Of a stretch of 64,000 bases of DNA, positions 14,031 to 28,335 are shown piece after piece; position 1 is the stretch's first letter, and each line of letters starts with the position of its first letter. The position numbers and the translations under genes were made by a program. The notes under the pieces were generated by a model. It was given only the letters and a program-made list of their open reading frames with translations. It ran no database searches and was not told where the DNA came from. Source of the DNA: Octopus sinensis (lineage: Eukaryota); assembly GCF_006345805.1 (NCBI RefSeq), contig NC_042997.1, forward strand, positions 35,526,001 through 35,590,000, in the 5' to 3' direction.

Positions 14031-14629
14031 TATGATTGTCCGTTTGCGTGTGTGTGTGATTGTGTGAGTGTGATTGTGTATGTGTGTGCGTTTATCAGGA
14101 CGAACACTGATAGACAGATTTAAAATATCATTTTGATTAAGATGTTCTCCACTTCGATCGGTGTAATTATGTATCTGAGACCAAATATTTGCGCATTTAA
14201 AATGAATATTAATATTCTATACATGTTAAATTCAGCAGAATTGGACTTTTCCATTCATTATTCTGGAGTCAATAAAATAACTACCCGCTGAAAATTGGGG
14301 TCATTTAATCGACTTCAGCACTCCCCTGAGACTGTTGGCCTTGTGCCAAAGTTCGAAACCAATATTTTACGCAAGATTTTTCATTGCATTTTCAGTTGAT
14401 ATTTAGATGGTTTTGAGTAAAACTACTCTAAACGCATAACTATTCGTGCATACAGGAAGCGAATTAGCAGAAGTATCGAAACATCACCTTGCAAAATTTA
14501 TTCAAGCTTCATGCCGACGGATTTTACTACCCTAAGTCATCGAATAGTTATTACTAGAAATGTATAACCTCATGAAGTCTTTGCGATTTTATATGTCAGA
14601 TTATAATGGAAATACAAATAAAGCAACTG

Positions 14630-14955
14630 TTACTCCGTCGGTTACGCCGACGATGGCTCCAGTTGATTCGATGAACGGAACAACCTGATCCTGAAATTAA
14701 GGTGCATATGCTCGAGTACTCCACAGACACGTGTAATCTTAACGTAGTTCTCGGGGAGATTCAGCGTGATAGTGAGTGTGTGACAAGTCTGGCTTTTTGA
14801 AGTACATGTACTACTCACTTTTGCCAGGTGAGTGAACTGGAGAGTCATGAAATAAAGTATATTGCTCCAGGAAGTAACAACTCGCCGGGGATTGAACTGA
14901 TGACCTTGAGATCGCTTGCCAAATGCCCTAACAACTAAGCCTGGCTCCTTCACCA
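14630..14955 (-). mobile_element. tRNA-derived SINE, family C
   Basis: Reverse complement shares the 3' half with 54024-54408 (gagaactacgttaag..acacgtgtctgtggagt..gtcgtaaccgacggagt) and has a tRNA-like head. Confidence 0.8.
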
Positions 14956-15859
14956 CAGTTAAAGCAATTTAGATTAAATTCCAAAAACGATTTAACTGAA
15001 ATAGAACAGAATATGATTTGGAACATAGGAAAAGTAGGCATATGGTGTAACGTATGTTTCTCTATGTTCCCCTAAATTTACTAGACACTTGTAATGCTTG
15101 AAGTCGTGGGTTTTCAAATCTTGCGTAATCATTATCAATTTAACTTATGGTCATTTGAGGAACATTTGCTAATTATTTCTAACTGATCGAGCAGCATATG
15201 CTGAAGATTTCGCAATTAAGTCAATTAATAGTTTAGTCAACGTTGTTTGAATTTGCTATCATATCGTCACAGAGGGCAAAAGTACGAAGAGTATAGCAAA
15301 CCACACACACGCGAAGAGAAAAACAAACAATAGCTGTGAAAAGTGTAGTAACGAAAACATTCACAAGTTAATTAACATTAAAATAGATTGCAAAGTGAAA
15401 AAATGTAATATTCATTCAGATTTTTCCAAATTAATTATTCGTCACTCTATTGCATACCCCTAAATGCTGTCTGTTTGTATATGAGCTGTATTAATATGTT
15501 TAACTCCTTCGAGTCTAATTATATTCTGTTCACGTCGATAATTAAAACCTTCCCCCTTTTAATCAACGTAGTATGTTTCTCTTGGATCTTTTGTACGGAA
15601 CACTGACTTAGGTTATGAAGAACTCCTACTATCTTTCATTTCATCACCTAAAATTAATTAGAATATGGCTCTGTTAATATTTGTTTAAGAATGATTAATT
15701 TTCTATACATTTGGTTTTGTTTTATATATTTCTTAATACTGTTTTTGCTCTAATCACTTTATACAGTGTCAAAATCATTAACCTAAGGACTAATGATATC
15801 GCATTCAAAAGTTAAATGCTGAAATTACTTCACATAATATATTAATTTTCAACTAATAA

Positions 15860-16460
15860 CAAGTAGAATACTTAGTACATGGCTGACCATCATGATACAG
15901 CTATACATTAGATTTTTCAGTGTTAGTAATAAAATATTACCAATAGACGTCTACATGTGTATATCTTACTACATGGAACGTATCTACATTGCGTTCCAGG
16001 AAAACCATGGCTATGTCATTCATACGTTATATTATTATTGTTCAGCAATGAAACGTCATATGTCTCGCGCTTATATCGATATCGCAATAAATGTTTCATT
16101 TTAAAACAGGCTGTAGATTTATGGTGTATATTATTGCAGCTACAGCTTCGATAAGTGAATATATTATTGCTACTTTTATATGGTCAGAGCAACTTTAGTT
16201 CACCATGTCCATAGCCACGTGTCCAGTGCGTGCTGCATGCAGGAGCTTCAGGTCTTCACTTAAATATCGAAAGAAACAATTCAGCAAATATTTGGCCACT
16301 TCACCAAATGCCTTACAAAACAGTACAAAAAATGCCATGCAGCTTGCCAGATTACCTTTAAGATGCACGCCGCTTGTTGCTAACCAAATATTCAGTTGAG
16401 AAACGGTGATGCAGAAAGATATGTAGGCTGGTGCCAATCTTGTCCTCAATGGCTCAGAGG
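15860..16460 (+). pseudogene. Decayed rhodopsin-class (peptide-receptor-like) GPCR, TM1-TM3
   Basis: One frame gives SYTLDFSVLVIKYYQ*TSTCVYLTTWNVS (cf. TM1-TM2 GNxLxFxVL...STxVYLxxLAVSD) and, at 16109, GCRFMVYIIAATASISEYIIATF (TM3 with conserved Cys). Contains in-frame stops. Confidence 0.45.
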
Positions 16461-17502
16461 TAAAATAATATATTGCGGATAACTTATTCTTTAAATGACT
16501 GTGACTCTACAAACGGAAATTACTGTTTTATCTCGTTTTCTTAAATTAATTATCTGCTTCTTTGTTTTTATGCTTGCAATATGATTAACTGTAACATATA
16601 TTTACAATGTTCAAAACCTTAATCAACAGGTCCCTCCAAAAAAATGTTAACCCTTTTTCTTTCGCTTATTCGCAAAGATACTTAGCCAATATTCTTGTCA
16701 AAGCATATATCTAATGCAGAAATAATAACGTCAGTTTGATAAATAACTGGAAAACTATTTTAAGATATTTATTTCTGTAACTTTTCTGACATCATGAATT
16801 ATTGTTTTTCTACGTCTTTAATGCGTAAGAGATGAAGTGGTGTGTCCATATTTATCAATCAATATATTTAATAATACTAATTTCAATACATTCCGAGTTG
16901 TACCAATGAGAATATCCTCTGTAACGTATGTCTATTTTAGTTTTGAGATATACAAACAAATCATTGAGCTAATTCAAATCGAGTGTATGGTTAATATACC
17001 AATAAGAAAACTGAATGTAAATAAATAGTAAGACAAATAGAGGAAGACATTCTTAAATAAATTAAAATGAACTCTGACACGTGATAGCGCTGAAAGTAAA
17101 CTTTTGCAGTGAGGTTGTTAATAAGTGGCAGAAATTGATAGTAGCGATTTCAAGATTACTGTAAACTCACATTGTTCGTTTATGAAGATTAATGTATAAA
17201 ACTGCACTGTGTTCTTTATTTGTTAATTGAGATTTATTTGGTTCGTAAACATCATATAGTGTGTGACCCTATAGAATTATTTATTTAAGTGTTGTTAGAT
17301 TCCTGTTTTTGTGATCATCAAAATTCAAGCAGGCTGTACTCACATTGCCATCTGTTGCTTTAATTCCATACATATATGCAAGTATTAGGGCACAATGTTT
17401 AAATATGTAATCATAGGAGTAAGACTATGGCAGACAGAAAGGGAATTAACTGATTGAAATGTAGTGAAAAAAAAGAAGAAAATATAGATTATATATCTTA
17501 TA

Positions 17503-17925
17503 GGCGCAGGAGTGGCTGTGTGGTAAGTAGCTTGCTAACCAACCACATGGTTCCGGGTTCAGTCCCACTGCGTGGCATCTTGGGCAAATGTCTTCTGCTA
17601 TAGCCACGGGCCGACCAATGCCTTGTGAGTGGATTTGGTAAACGGAAACTGAAAGAAGCCTGTCGTATATATGTGTATATATATATATATATGTATGTGT
17701 GTGTTTCTATGTCTGTGTTTGTCCCCCTAGCATTGCTTGACAACCGATGCTGGTGTGTTTACATCCCCGTCACTTAGCGGTTCGGCAAAAGAGACCGATA
17801 GAATAAGTACTGGGCTTACAAAGAATAAGTACCGGGGTCGATTTGCTCGACTAAAAGGTGGTGCTCCAGCATGGCCGCAGTCAACTGACTGAAACAAGTA
17901 AAAGAGTAAAACAGAAAAAAGAGTA
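17503..17925 (+). mobile_element. tRNA-derived SINE, family A, full length
   Basis: A box-like tggctgtgtggt, B box-like ggttcagtcc, internal TA/TG microsatellite, gaaacaagtaaaagag tail. Highly similar to 27918 and 53177. Confidence 0.9.
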
Positions 17926-18366
17926 TCTCAATGCACTAAATTCCAGAATGGTTAATGTATATTCTTTGTGGCATACACGCGATGAAGTGAGTAACATCTT
18001 AAGCTGTTATTGTGTTACTGATCTAAAGTTGCATACACAATTTGATGATATTGTACATTTGAACAGATGTGTTTAAAACATTCTAGAATTGTGTGCGGAA
18101 TAATGTTTTTCATATTCCATATAATCAAGAATTGAAGCTAAGTCAAGAATTAAAAAAACATGACTGAATTTCATTATGAACATTTGGAAATAATACCTAA
18201 TGTCTGGTAAGTATACTCATGAAATACAATCACCGTAATCAATAACTATGGTTCAAGGATGTTCAGGAAATAAAGTTATTGAATCTTTATCTGAGCTGCT
18301 CTGTATGTTACCTCTTTATTTATATAGTGTCACTAACCCAGTTTCTCTAGGACCTCTGTTTTACAG

Positions 18367-20710
18367 GATTAAACGGAGGTCCGAAAAGAAAACAATTCTG
18401 TTAAAGATAGTTACTTTCTGTCATCGATTGCATTAGATACTTTGCTTGAAACGGCTCTGCTACAGAGGTGTTGTTTCAAAGCATTCTACAGATATCTGCA
18501 TTCGGTTCATAACTACAGGATTTACTAATTGTATTAAAGATATATTCAATAATTAATGTACTATTGCACGACCATATTTAGAAGGTGCGAATCATGAATT
18601 TATATTTAGTCTTTATACTTAGAATCATTTGCATCATACGCACAAAGTATAAATATATTTTTGTGATTTTTCAAGATTCTTATGAGGTGTGAACTACAAA
18701 ATATCATGGAGATGGGATATCACCAAACTACGAATATCATATAAGGAATTACGTTCAAATCACAAGGAATTACATTCAAATCGCTTAACCATCAATGCCG
18801 TAACATAACTTACGCTTAAGAATATCTAACTCTCTATTATGATAGCAACACACTTATAGAATTAGCAGAAGATGCTTGAAACACGAATAGCACAGAAGAC
18901 AAAACCTAAACATTCCCTTGAAAGTCGGGAACTCTATACATTTTAGACAACAAAGGAAATCTGACTTCTAATTTTTTTTCAATTACTTTTCGAAGCACTT
19001 CTGAATTCCTGTTTCGTTTACTATAACCTAAAGGTTCCTACCTAGTCATTATTTGGTTTTACATGCCTACATGAGCTGGGAGTGAGGTATAACATGAAGT
19101 GCATCGAAATCCTTAAATTATCAAGTCGGGGCACTAAAATATACCACATGCATCACAAGGAACAAATTAAGGTGCCCACGTTAAGACAAAATCTTTATGG
19201 AAAACAACAACATAAGAAACCCATTGCATCGAGGAAAGCAATACTGTTGCTTAGACATCAGAAAAGTATTAGAAGATGCTGATGAGGAAAGTGAAATCAG
19301 CTAATCTGCATTTAGATAATCTCCTTCACAAGCTTCGTGAATCTGATCTTGTAACTGAAGTCGATCACTAGTCCATTACAAAAATAAAATATTTGCACGT
19401 ACTCTGCTTCCTATTATAAACTCTAATCCGGTCCCAAGCAATTTATCTCTATCGATTTGAACATATTTGAAACTCTTCGAAAATAAAGTTAAAAGCATCT
19501 GTTCTGAATGTCACATAACAACCATACATATCAGAATTTAAGATTCACTAAAAAGCCATATATCAATTATTTTTTAATAGATTTTGGGCACGAAGACAGC
19601 ATCGTTTTGCAAAGACGTTGATTCATAATTAAATCAGTATATTCTAGACACTCTAATATTATAAAGATACCAAATTAAAAGAAAAACACAATGCTTGCAC
19701 AGCACAATTCTTATCACCTTATCTCATCAATATCGAAATGTTTTATCTTCCGTCTGAATTCATTTCCCACGGGGTGAAAACAATTAATTCATTATAGTGT
19801 AAATCACCAGAGTCGAAAAAATACACTTTTCAACTCGTTTTGGGTACTTTTCTCCGATTCAGTACCACACACATACACACACGCATACGCCCGCCCGTCC
19901 GCCCGCCCGCACACACACACATACACACAACACACACACATATTCATGCTCTCACAAAGAAACACTCACCAGTACAGATCGACTTACAGATATATCCTAC
20001 CTACAGTAAGATGCGATAAATTGTAATAAACTGTCCTATATGAAGTATAAGTAAGAACATTTTCATTATGATAAAATAAATGATATAGATAAAGAAAATA
20101 TGCTCTGCAGCTATATATGAAACCGAAATCATAATCATAAAACTATGCTTACTGCAACTGAAAGAACAAGATTAAGAGAAACGCTCTTGGCAAAATTAAA
20201 TGAGAAATTACATGAAAATTACATATCTCGATGGAAATTTCCACCCGAAAATTATAATTATAATTCGACAGCAAATAAGTCAAAATGTGTCAGAAGTAAT
20301 CAATAAATATACACTTGCGTGTCCTTGTAGACAAATTACACCTTTAAATTAGACAACAGGAAATAAGTTGGAACCAGGAGTTTTATGCGAATACAGTACA
20401 GTTGTTAGAGTAGAAATTTTTTTTTAATCTCTTCACTCATTTAGGAAGAGCATTTGTAGAAATATTATACGATGTGGTTTTGAGGCTGATAGCATGGTGA
20501 CTCAGTCAAGCATTGTAGTTGTTGTTAACGTTATGTACTTGTTACTAAATTAGAAAACACTAATATTATTATTATCATTGGTAAGGCGGTTAACTGCCGG
20601 TTAAGTATTAGAATGTGCTGATGAGGAAATGAAAATCAGCTAATCTGCCATTACATAATCTCATTCAGAAGCTTCGTAAATCTGATCTTGTAACTGAAGT
20701 CGATCACTAG
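18367..20710 (+). pseudogene. Two decayed, partly scrambled TRIM-like (RING / B-box / coiled-coil) copies
   Basis: After the acceptor-like ttttacag: (ACG)EVRKENNSVKDSYFLSSIALDTLLETALLQRCCFKAFYRYL (decayed RING), CTIAR, EYLTLYYDS (B-box-like), ANLHLDNLLHKLRESDLV. Second copy ENMLCSYI*NRNHNHKTMLTATERTRLRETLLAKLNEK at ~20095. 19264-19371 is duplicated at 20603-20710. Confidence 0.4.
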
Positions 20711-21329
20711 TAGAACATTTTCTGTTAGTTAGCAATACAGTACAGATGTTAGTGCAGAAGGTTTTGTTTTTAATCTCTTCACAATAACATTTAGGAAGAG
20801 CATTTTTAGAAACAATACATGATGTCGCTTCGAGGTGACTCAATTAAACATTGTAGTTGCTTTTAACGTTATGTACTTAATATGTAAACGTTATGTAAAC
20901 ATTAATATTATCATTATCATTGTTAAAGCGGTTGACTGGCAGAGTCGTTAGACGCCGTGGAAAAAATGTTTTACGGCCTTTCGCCCGTCACTATATTCTG
21001 AGTTCCAATTCCGCCGAGGTCGACTTTGCCCTTTATCCTTTCGGGATGTGGGGTTGTTATGATCGACTTACTCCTACCGCCAAATTACCGCCTTATTCCC
21101 ATAGAAGAATGCTTATTATTGTTGTTGTTGCTGAGTTTACAAAAGAAAAATATAGTTTTAATACACGTAAGATGTTATTGAGTTTCGTTGTGTCAAAAAA
21201 AGTAATTTGGATTTGTTGAACTATTTTGTAATAAAATTCAACCAGTATCCCCTTTTTGAGGGGAATTTAGGCGGCTCTTCTTAGCAGAGATGCATATTTA
21301 TTCGCAAATCGTTCGGCCAGTTAGCTGTT

Positions 21330-22138
21330 CCAACAGCCGATATGACACTTGTTCCCCACTACTACCTATTAGCAGAGAATATATGAACTACAAAATGCAT
21401 TATCCACAAAAGCAACATTGGTAAAAACTATACAAATTAAATGACTTGTGACAGCAACTCTGCAGCTACCATCATTTTCACCACCCGTGTCGACGGAAAC
21501 AACAACATCTAATAGTATGGAAAAGAAAGAAATAAAGGAAAATTGTCGATTTAACCCAACTGAAATTTTCGCATCTTCAACAACCTCAAATCTCAAGATT
21601 CTGTGTATGCAAATTATATGCAAAATTATGTAAGTAAAGTCTAAATTTTAGTTCAAAGGTTGAATTAAACAGTCTGGAACTTACCGAACATGAGACCAAG
21701 CTGGAAAATCCACCTTTTAAAACGATAAGCATAAAATGTAGAGAGTAGAACAAATGACACGGCAAGAAACGGAAACGTGTCTCGGGCTGATTCGTGGCAT
21801 GAAAACGATAAGGAGAAATACGGGGTATGTTCAGTTTAAGACACCCCTGCAACGTACGTGGACATAGAGCACTTCACGAAAAATCTAATGTCTAACGAGC
21901 CGGTTCTTCTACAAATCTATGCTGGCTATTGGGTACTGGCTATATAAAGATTATAGATATGCTCCAATAAGTAAATATCTGCTGAGTGGTGTTGGGAGTC
22001 CTCTTTGACATATCCACATATCTCTATACCATATCGACCAGAATAAAAAAAATAATAGTAATAAGTTGGGATAAATTACCAGAATCGAAAACACACTTTT
22101 CAGCTGGCTTTGCGTCTCTTTCTGCTGTTCCGTAGCAT

Positions 22139-22186
<48 letters not shown>

Positions 22187-23100
22187 ACACACACACAAAC
22201 ACGGAAATATATTCATTCATTCATACACAAAGAAGCACATACTGGTGCAGATATATCCTACATAGTGTAAAGTATGATAAATTGTAATAAACTGTAAGAT
22301 ATGATAATTATAATAAACATATGTTGATAACAAATCGGCATACGGTAGAAAACTAAAATTCCTCACGGGGAAAAGTAATGGCGGTTTTGACTCAAACGAA
22401 GGCGAAATTAAGAAATGTATTCTGGATCCGATAAATCTAGCAAGTGGCACAAAACTATATGTTGTCCCTAAAGGTAGAAACAACGATGCCATTTGTGTAG
22501 TGACACAAACCATCGCAACTGCAAAGCCTTTGTCCACGGTAACGGGGAAAAGGTGATTCGAACTTGGCCGATACTACCGTCACAACAACAAAAAAGCAAG
22601 TAAAGAAAAAAACAGTCCTGAAGAGCCAGATTCAACAACATCCGCAACTGAGAGTTCCCTAATTACGACAAAGCAAAAGTAAAGTGACCGCCCCCCCCCA
22701 AAAAAAAAAAAATTTGTCTGTCTCTACTTGAGAGTCGTCGTATGGGAAAGACGACAAATCAAATGGCAACAGGTAACAGACAATAAAAAAGAATAAAAAT
22801 TCACACCAACCAAAATGCAAAGACTTACAAGAAGCAGCTACAAAAACAACACACAAACACCACGAATATTACCAACACAACTATAGCTAACATTATCACC
22901 ACCATCACTGTCATCACAATCACTATCGCCACCACAGAAACAAACTTCTTAACAAACGCTGTCAAAATCTAATAAACATCCAAACCAACAACAGCTGTTA
23001 AGAATCTTTTAAAGATTAGACTGACGTAAATAAAAGGTAAAAGATTTAATGAAACACGTAAAGCAGAACAGACATTACTAAGGATGACGTAACGATGCTG
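21330..23100 (+). mobile_element. Decayed L1/Tx1-type LINE ORF1 (gag-like zinc knuckle)
   Basis: NTGYVQFKT ~21820; LDPINLASGTKLYVVPKGR plus a frameshift to QRCHLCSDTNHRNC (CCHC-like knuckle) ~22420-22525, followed by a low-complexity K/T/Q-rich tail. Confidence 0.5.
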
Positions 23101-26100
23101 ACAAATAATAAACTTAGTTTTAACAAGTATGTTTAAGCTGAAAATAATGCAAGAGAAAATGGTGTTGCTATGGTACTCTTTGTGCTCAAAATTACTCGGG
23201 ATCTATAGGCCTCCTTGATCGTAGCATGGTGGCGTTTCTCACTTATTGGGAAATATTGTAATGACCCTCTTGTTAACTTGTATTGTGTCCTATCTTTTAC
23301 AGATTTTTCTGTAATTACACGCTATTCTTCTTTTGTATCTATCATCTAAACATTGTTTGCAGTACACATAGTGTGCTGATTAATAATATGCTGCCCACGA
23401 ACTTAACTTGCTGGATTTGTGACTAAATAAGTAGCCATTATTTAAATTTCTATTTTAATCTTTCATATCCTGTCTCCGTGTTAGGTATTGTAAGATTCTG
23501 TGAATTCTAAGTAGGGCCTTCTTTTAACAATATTTTCTCGATATGTAAATACAATGTTTTTTTCTCATGCTAAACAATAGCTCGGATATATGAATGTTGA
23601 TATATTTCAATTGCAATTTGTAAATCATCAAAACCGATTGAGAAATGTAGGGCAAATGATTATACACCTTATATTATTTTCTTTTCCCTCTACACATCCA
23701 TGTTTGCAACGTCAACGAGGTAAAGAAAAGAAATAAATTTCTATACTTTGTTTTTTTATTTACTATAAATGCTTCCACGATATTTTCTTCTTTTTCTGGT
23801 TAGAAAATTAGGTCCAGAACCCGGCAAACCAAGCACCTCCAAACAATAGAATATTACGTGCATTTTAATTCCAAAATTAAATTAAAAAAGGGAAAAAATT
23901 TGAAGATCTAAAACAAGTAATATGGATATTGTTATTCTCAAGTATGCTCTTGAAACGGTAATTGTTAAATTCATATTAAACTCACACATTCGTCAGTATC
24001 GCTGTCAACAAGATAAACGCAATATTTTCAAACATGATGCCGTTCATTTTCTTGATACCTCGCCTCAAATCTAGATTGTCTACAGACATCGAAGTTCATA
24101 TAAAATTCGGGTATTATACTTTGCGTTTATTTCACATCTATTTAAAACCACGTAAAGTATTCGTCCGATCCTTGCCCTTACACGTATATTGTAACTGTGC
24201 TATCATCTTTATTAGTAACATTGATTGATTTATTGGTTGCTATTTCTATTACAAGACATTCCATTTGTATCGTAGCAACATCTGATAGCTTACAACAAGT
24301 CTCTTTTATCTTATATTCTCTGAATAGAATGTTCGTTGTTTATAATTCAAGTAATCTTTCTTGAATCAGATTTATATACTAATAAATGAAATATGAATTG
24401 GCTCTTATAGTTCTAACTTAGCTATTTCAATAAAGCTTGAGATGAAATAGACTTCTTTGGAGTTAAAATGGTAGCAGTTCTCATGTTTCTTCTCTAAATG
24501 TCATGACATTTTCTCCATGGCACCTGAGTGTATTTCATTATTAACTTTTAAAGATTGAAATTTTGTTTTCTCCGTAGCACTTCCAACAAACTGCTTTCTG
24601 ATATTTAGCTGTACAATTAATGTGATAAGTTCTAATGTTGTGACTATATATTTCTTTGTATTTAATCCGAATGTCTCTACCCTAAAACCTTTGGTTCTAC
24701 AGTTGTAATAAAAGTCCTAATTATCATTGTTTACTCACAATGATACACGTGTATAATTACTTGCATTCAGGCATTTGCCGTCCATTGTTTTCTCAGATTA
24801 CTTTATATGTATCTTGTTGTTAGAATCAATTTATATCTATGTTTGTTTGATTTTTTTTGTGAAATGAAGTTGTAGTATTTACGTTTCGGGAATTTTTCTT
24901 TTCAGTGACAGAAATGAAAGCATTTACATCTGTACCTTCATATTTTCCTGTAATTTCATGTCCAGTCAAAATCATCATGTCTTCGGTTATTCCAAATACA
25001 AATATGACATGCATGTCATTGAGACACTTAAATTAATATTCTTTTGACAAATTATGCAGCATGATCGGTATCATATTTCACAACAGCAATTTATAATTCG
25101 GTAAAGAGACGTATCAAATGAAAGACACTTAGTACGTCATTTGTGAATAAAAAATTAAGTGAACTTAAAGGAATAGAACTTTACAGTTACATTTACTATT
25201 TGTAATATATTTACAAAACTGAATTCATTTAACATTTATAAATGACTCATATTTTTTAAGAGACGTTTTCTTTGTCGTATTACATATTTCAGAATATTTG
25301 GAAGTTCACATATATATTTCACGTAAATAGGCAATCCTAGGAGAAATATAACGACCGCTCCTAAATATAATGCTCTTTTATACTTGAGATATAATCTAAA
25401 TAACCGTGTCATTTGAAATGTAAGCTTCTAATTTACACATTTAGGCACGCAGCTTGACAAAGCTTATATCTAGCTCATTTTATGTATATGTTAACTTTCA
25501 TATGGACTAAATATCTTAAATGCCAGTCAAATTGCAATGCTAATGGCATGGTAAAGCAATATTCCTGTATATACTGTAGAGTCTCTTCAAAATACACATT
25601 GTGGATAACTAGCTGTTACATCCTAAATATTAATTCAAAGTTGCCGTGCAAGAATGTAACTTGGCAATATAGCATGGTCACCATAACAGGGTAACATTGA
25701 AATGGTATGATTGCCGCAGTAGAAATCTAAGTCGTTTCAATTTACACAACGGCAGATTTCTTTTTTTTCATATTTTATTCTTCCTACTCTTGATTATGTC
25801 CATAGAACTCAAAAGATTGTAAACCCTACCCTAAAAACTATAATGTGATTTCTGTCGGATTTAGAAACATGGATTCGAACTGGAAACTATTATCCAGACG
25901 ATAAAAGGAAACTTCCATAGATCTTTGTTTTGTGCAATGCTGATTTCCCAAATGGCACTGCTTTCCAAATCACTTCTCATAATTTTTTTGGTTCTCATAT
26001 CTTAATTTTTTTATTTTTCAGGATCTAAAATATCAAAATTAAAATCCTTGTTTTCTACTCTATCTTATTTGAATGAAGAGATTTATTCAAAAATGTATCC

Positions 26101-27362
26101 ATAAAGATGAGCCACTATGCGCAAATACGAACTATTCAGTACATATAATCTGAATAATGCAGGTGTGATCATGTCAGCCTCTGTGTGTGTGTAAATGTGA
26201 GCACTTGCTCATACTATATATATAGACATACACGTGTGCATATTTTTAAATTCGAATGAATGCAAGTTAGATTATACATGGAAGTTGTTCCTTATCATGT
26301 GTATAATCATTTCTTTATTTCACAATCTCGTGTGATCTCATGTGATTTCGTTGTATTTTCATTGAAGATAGAGACAAGCGCCAACGTCCCCTGCGTGGCG
26401 TTTGTTGAGATTTCTCTTACATGAAACTAGTGGTAGCCTTGTTAACCCACAAATAAGGGATATATGTTTATGCATGTGTATATATATATATATTTGTTTG
26501 TTAGAATGTGCCTGTGGTTTGCGTTTGTGGGTATGTGTGTTTTGTTTGTATGTGTTTGTGTGTGTGTTCGTGTGTGTGTAAAACAATTCTGGACATATTC
26601 ACATTTTAATTCTCTAGGACATATTCGGAAAAAAATATATTTAAACTTATAGGTCTTTATAAACAAAGAAACGGGCAAATTCAGACATTACGATTGAATT
26701 CTTTTCAAATTCAATTCACATAACAATGCAGTGAAGAATGTAATTTTTGTGCACCATACAAATCTAAATACATCATTTAAGTACACAAATATAGAGAGCT
26801 GTACTTGTTTGTAATCACAAATGGCAAACTCCATGGAAAATGTATTATTCCAGAGAGACGTTTCGGTAAAATTAGAATATACAATTATGGCTAGTTCTAA
26901 TTATACTTTGCAAAAGTCTACTCCATAAATACTCAAAAAACATTCTGTCCTGCAAAAGTACCTCCCAGTCACGAAGTATACGCGTTTTATATTTCATTAT
27001 GTGCCACGGTATATAGAGAGGAAGAAGATAATCGTTTTATTATCGATTAAGATTTTTGCTTGAATCCACTTAAATTTTCTCTTCAAATGTCATAACATCA
27101 ATATAAGATCAAACACTCTATACAGATAAATGTTGAGTAATCACATTGGCTGCACCACTGATTTCCAACACTAATTTTTTTGGATATGTCTTTACAGCAA
27201 ATCTATTTGATTTTGCAACACGAAGAAAATTCAACAGAAACAGAAACATATTCAGAACGTGTACTCATAAACGAGAAATTTAATACTGAAGAGATATAAA
27301 TTGTTCTCGAATCATTAATGTGTATAGCATGTTTACATTAAGCATATACACACACACACACA

Positions 27363-27408
<46 letters not shown>

Positions 27409-27419
27409 AATTCTCTTAT

Positions 27420-27625
27420 TCATTTCATTCTTTTACGTGTTTCAATCATTTGACTGCGGCCATGCTGGAACACCGCATTTACTTGAACATATGGACTCCA
27501 GGACTTATTCTTTTTAAGCCTAGTACTTATTTTATCGGTCTTTTTACCGAACCGCTAACTTACGGGGACCTAATCACACCAACATCAGTCGTCAAGTAGC
27601 GGGGGACGAACACAGACACATAGAT
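27420..27625 (-). mobile_element. SINE family A, 3' half
   Basis: Reverse complement of the 3' half of the 17503/27918 copies. Confidence 0.85.
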
Positions 27626-27917
27626 ACATTTCTCTTTCACCAAACAAGCAAACGCACTATATATTCTTTCTTCGTTTGTTTATTGCTGTTCTTATTTTAA
27701 CTCGTGTTGATTGTTCGTAATTTTTTTCTCACACATCTGTGACCTCTTAGTTCATTCTCTGTGAATGAACATAGCGAAACAGGAACTGTCCACACACGAG
27801 GACAGAAAGTATCACTGATGTGGTAACAGATGTGTGACGAAAGATTTCCGTTCAATGGTCATGAGTTAAAGTATGAACAGTAATTAACGAGTAAAGAATG
27901 AATATATTGTGCGTATA

Positions 27918-28335
27918 GGCGCAGGAGTGGCTGTGTGGTAAGTAGCTTGCTTACCAACCACATGGTTCCGGGTTCAGTCCCACTGCGTCGCATCTTGGGC
28001 AAGTGTCTTCTGCTATAGCCCCGGGCCGACCAATGCCTTGTGAGTGGATTTGGTAGACGGAAACTGAATGAAGCCTGTCGTATATATGTCTATATATATA
28101 TATATATATGTGTGTGTGTTTGTGTGTCTGTGTTTGTCCCCCTAGCATTGCTTGACAACCGATGCTGGTGTGTTTGCGTCCCCGTCACTTAGCGGTTCGG
28201 CAAAAGAGACCGATAAAATAAGTACTGGGCTTACAAAGAATAAGACCCGGGGTCGATTTGCTCGACTAAAGGCGGTGCTCCAGCATGGCCGCAGTCAAAT
28301 GACAGAAACAAGTAAAAGAGAGTAAAGAGTAAGAG
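27918..28335 (+). mobile_element. tRNA-derived SINE, family A, full length
   Basis: Near-identical to 17503-17925. Confidence 0.9.

Noticed and set aside
17503-17580. tRNA-like sequences at SINE heads (also 27918, 50680, 53177, 54024)
   Set aside because: They are SINE Pol III heads continuing into SINE bodies, not complete cloverleaf tRNA genes.
19274-19315. CTGATGA...GAAA motif, duplicated at ~20618
   Set aside because: Stem II cannot pair and no NUH triplet abuts stem I; better explained as part of the TRIM-like relic.
27283-27325. Hammerhead-like CTGAAGA...GAAT-cattaatg-TG
   Set aside because: Two core violations and weak stems, and it lies within the opposite-strand MAM relic; likely chance.
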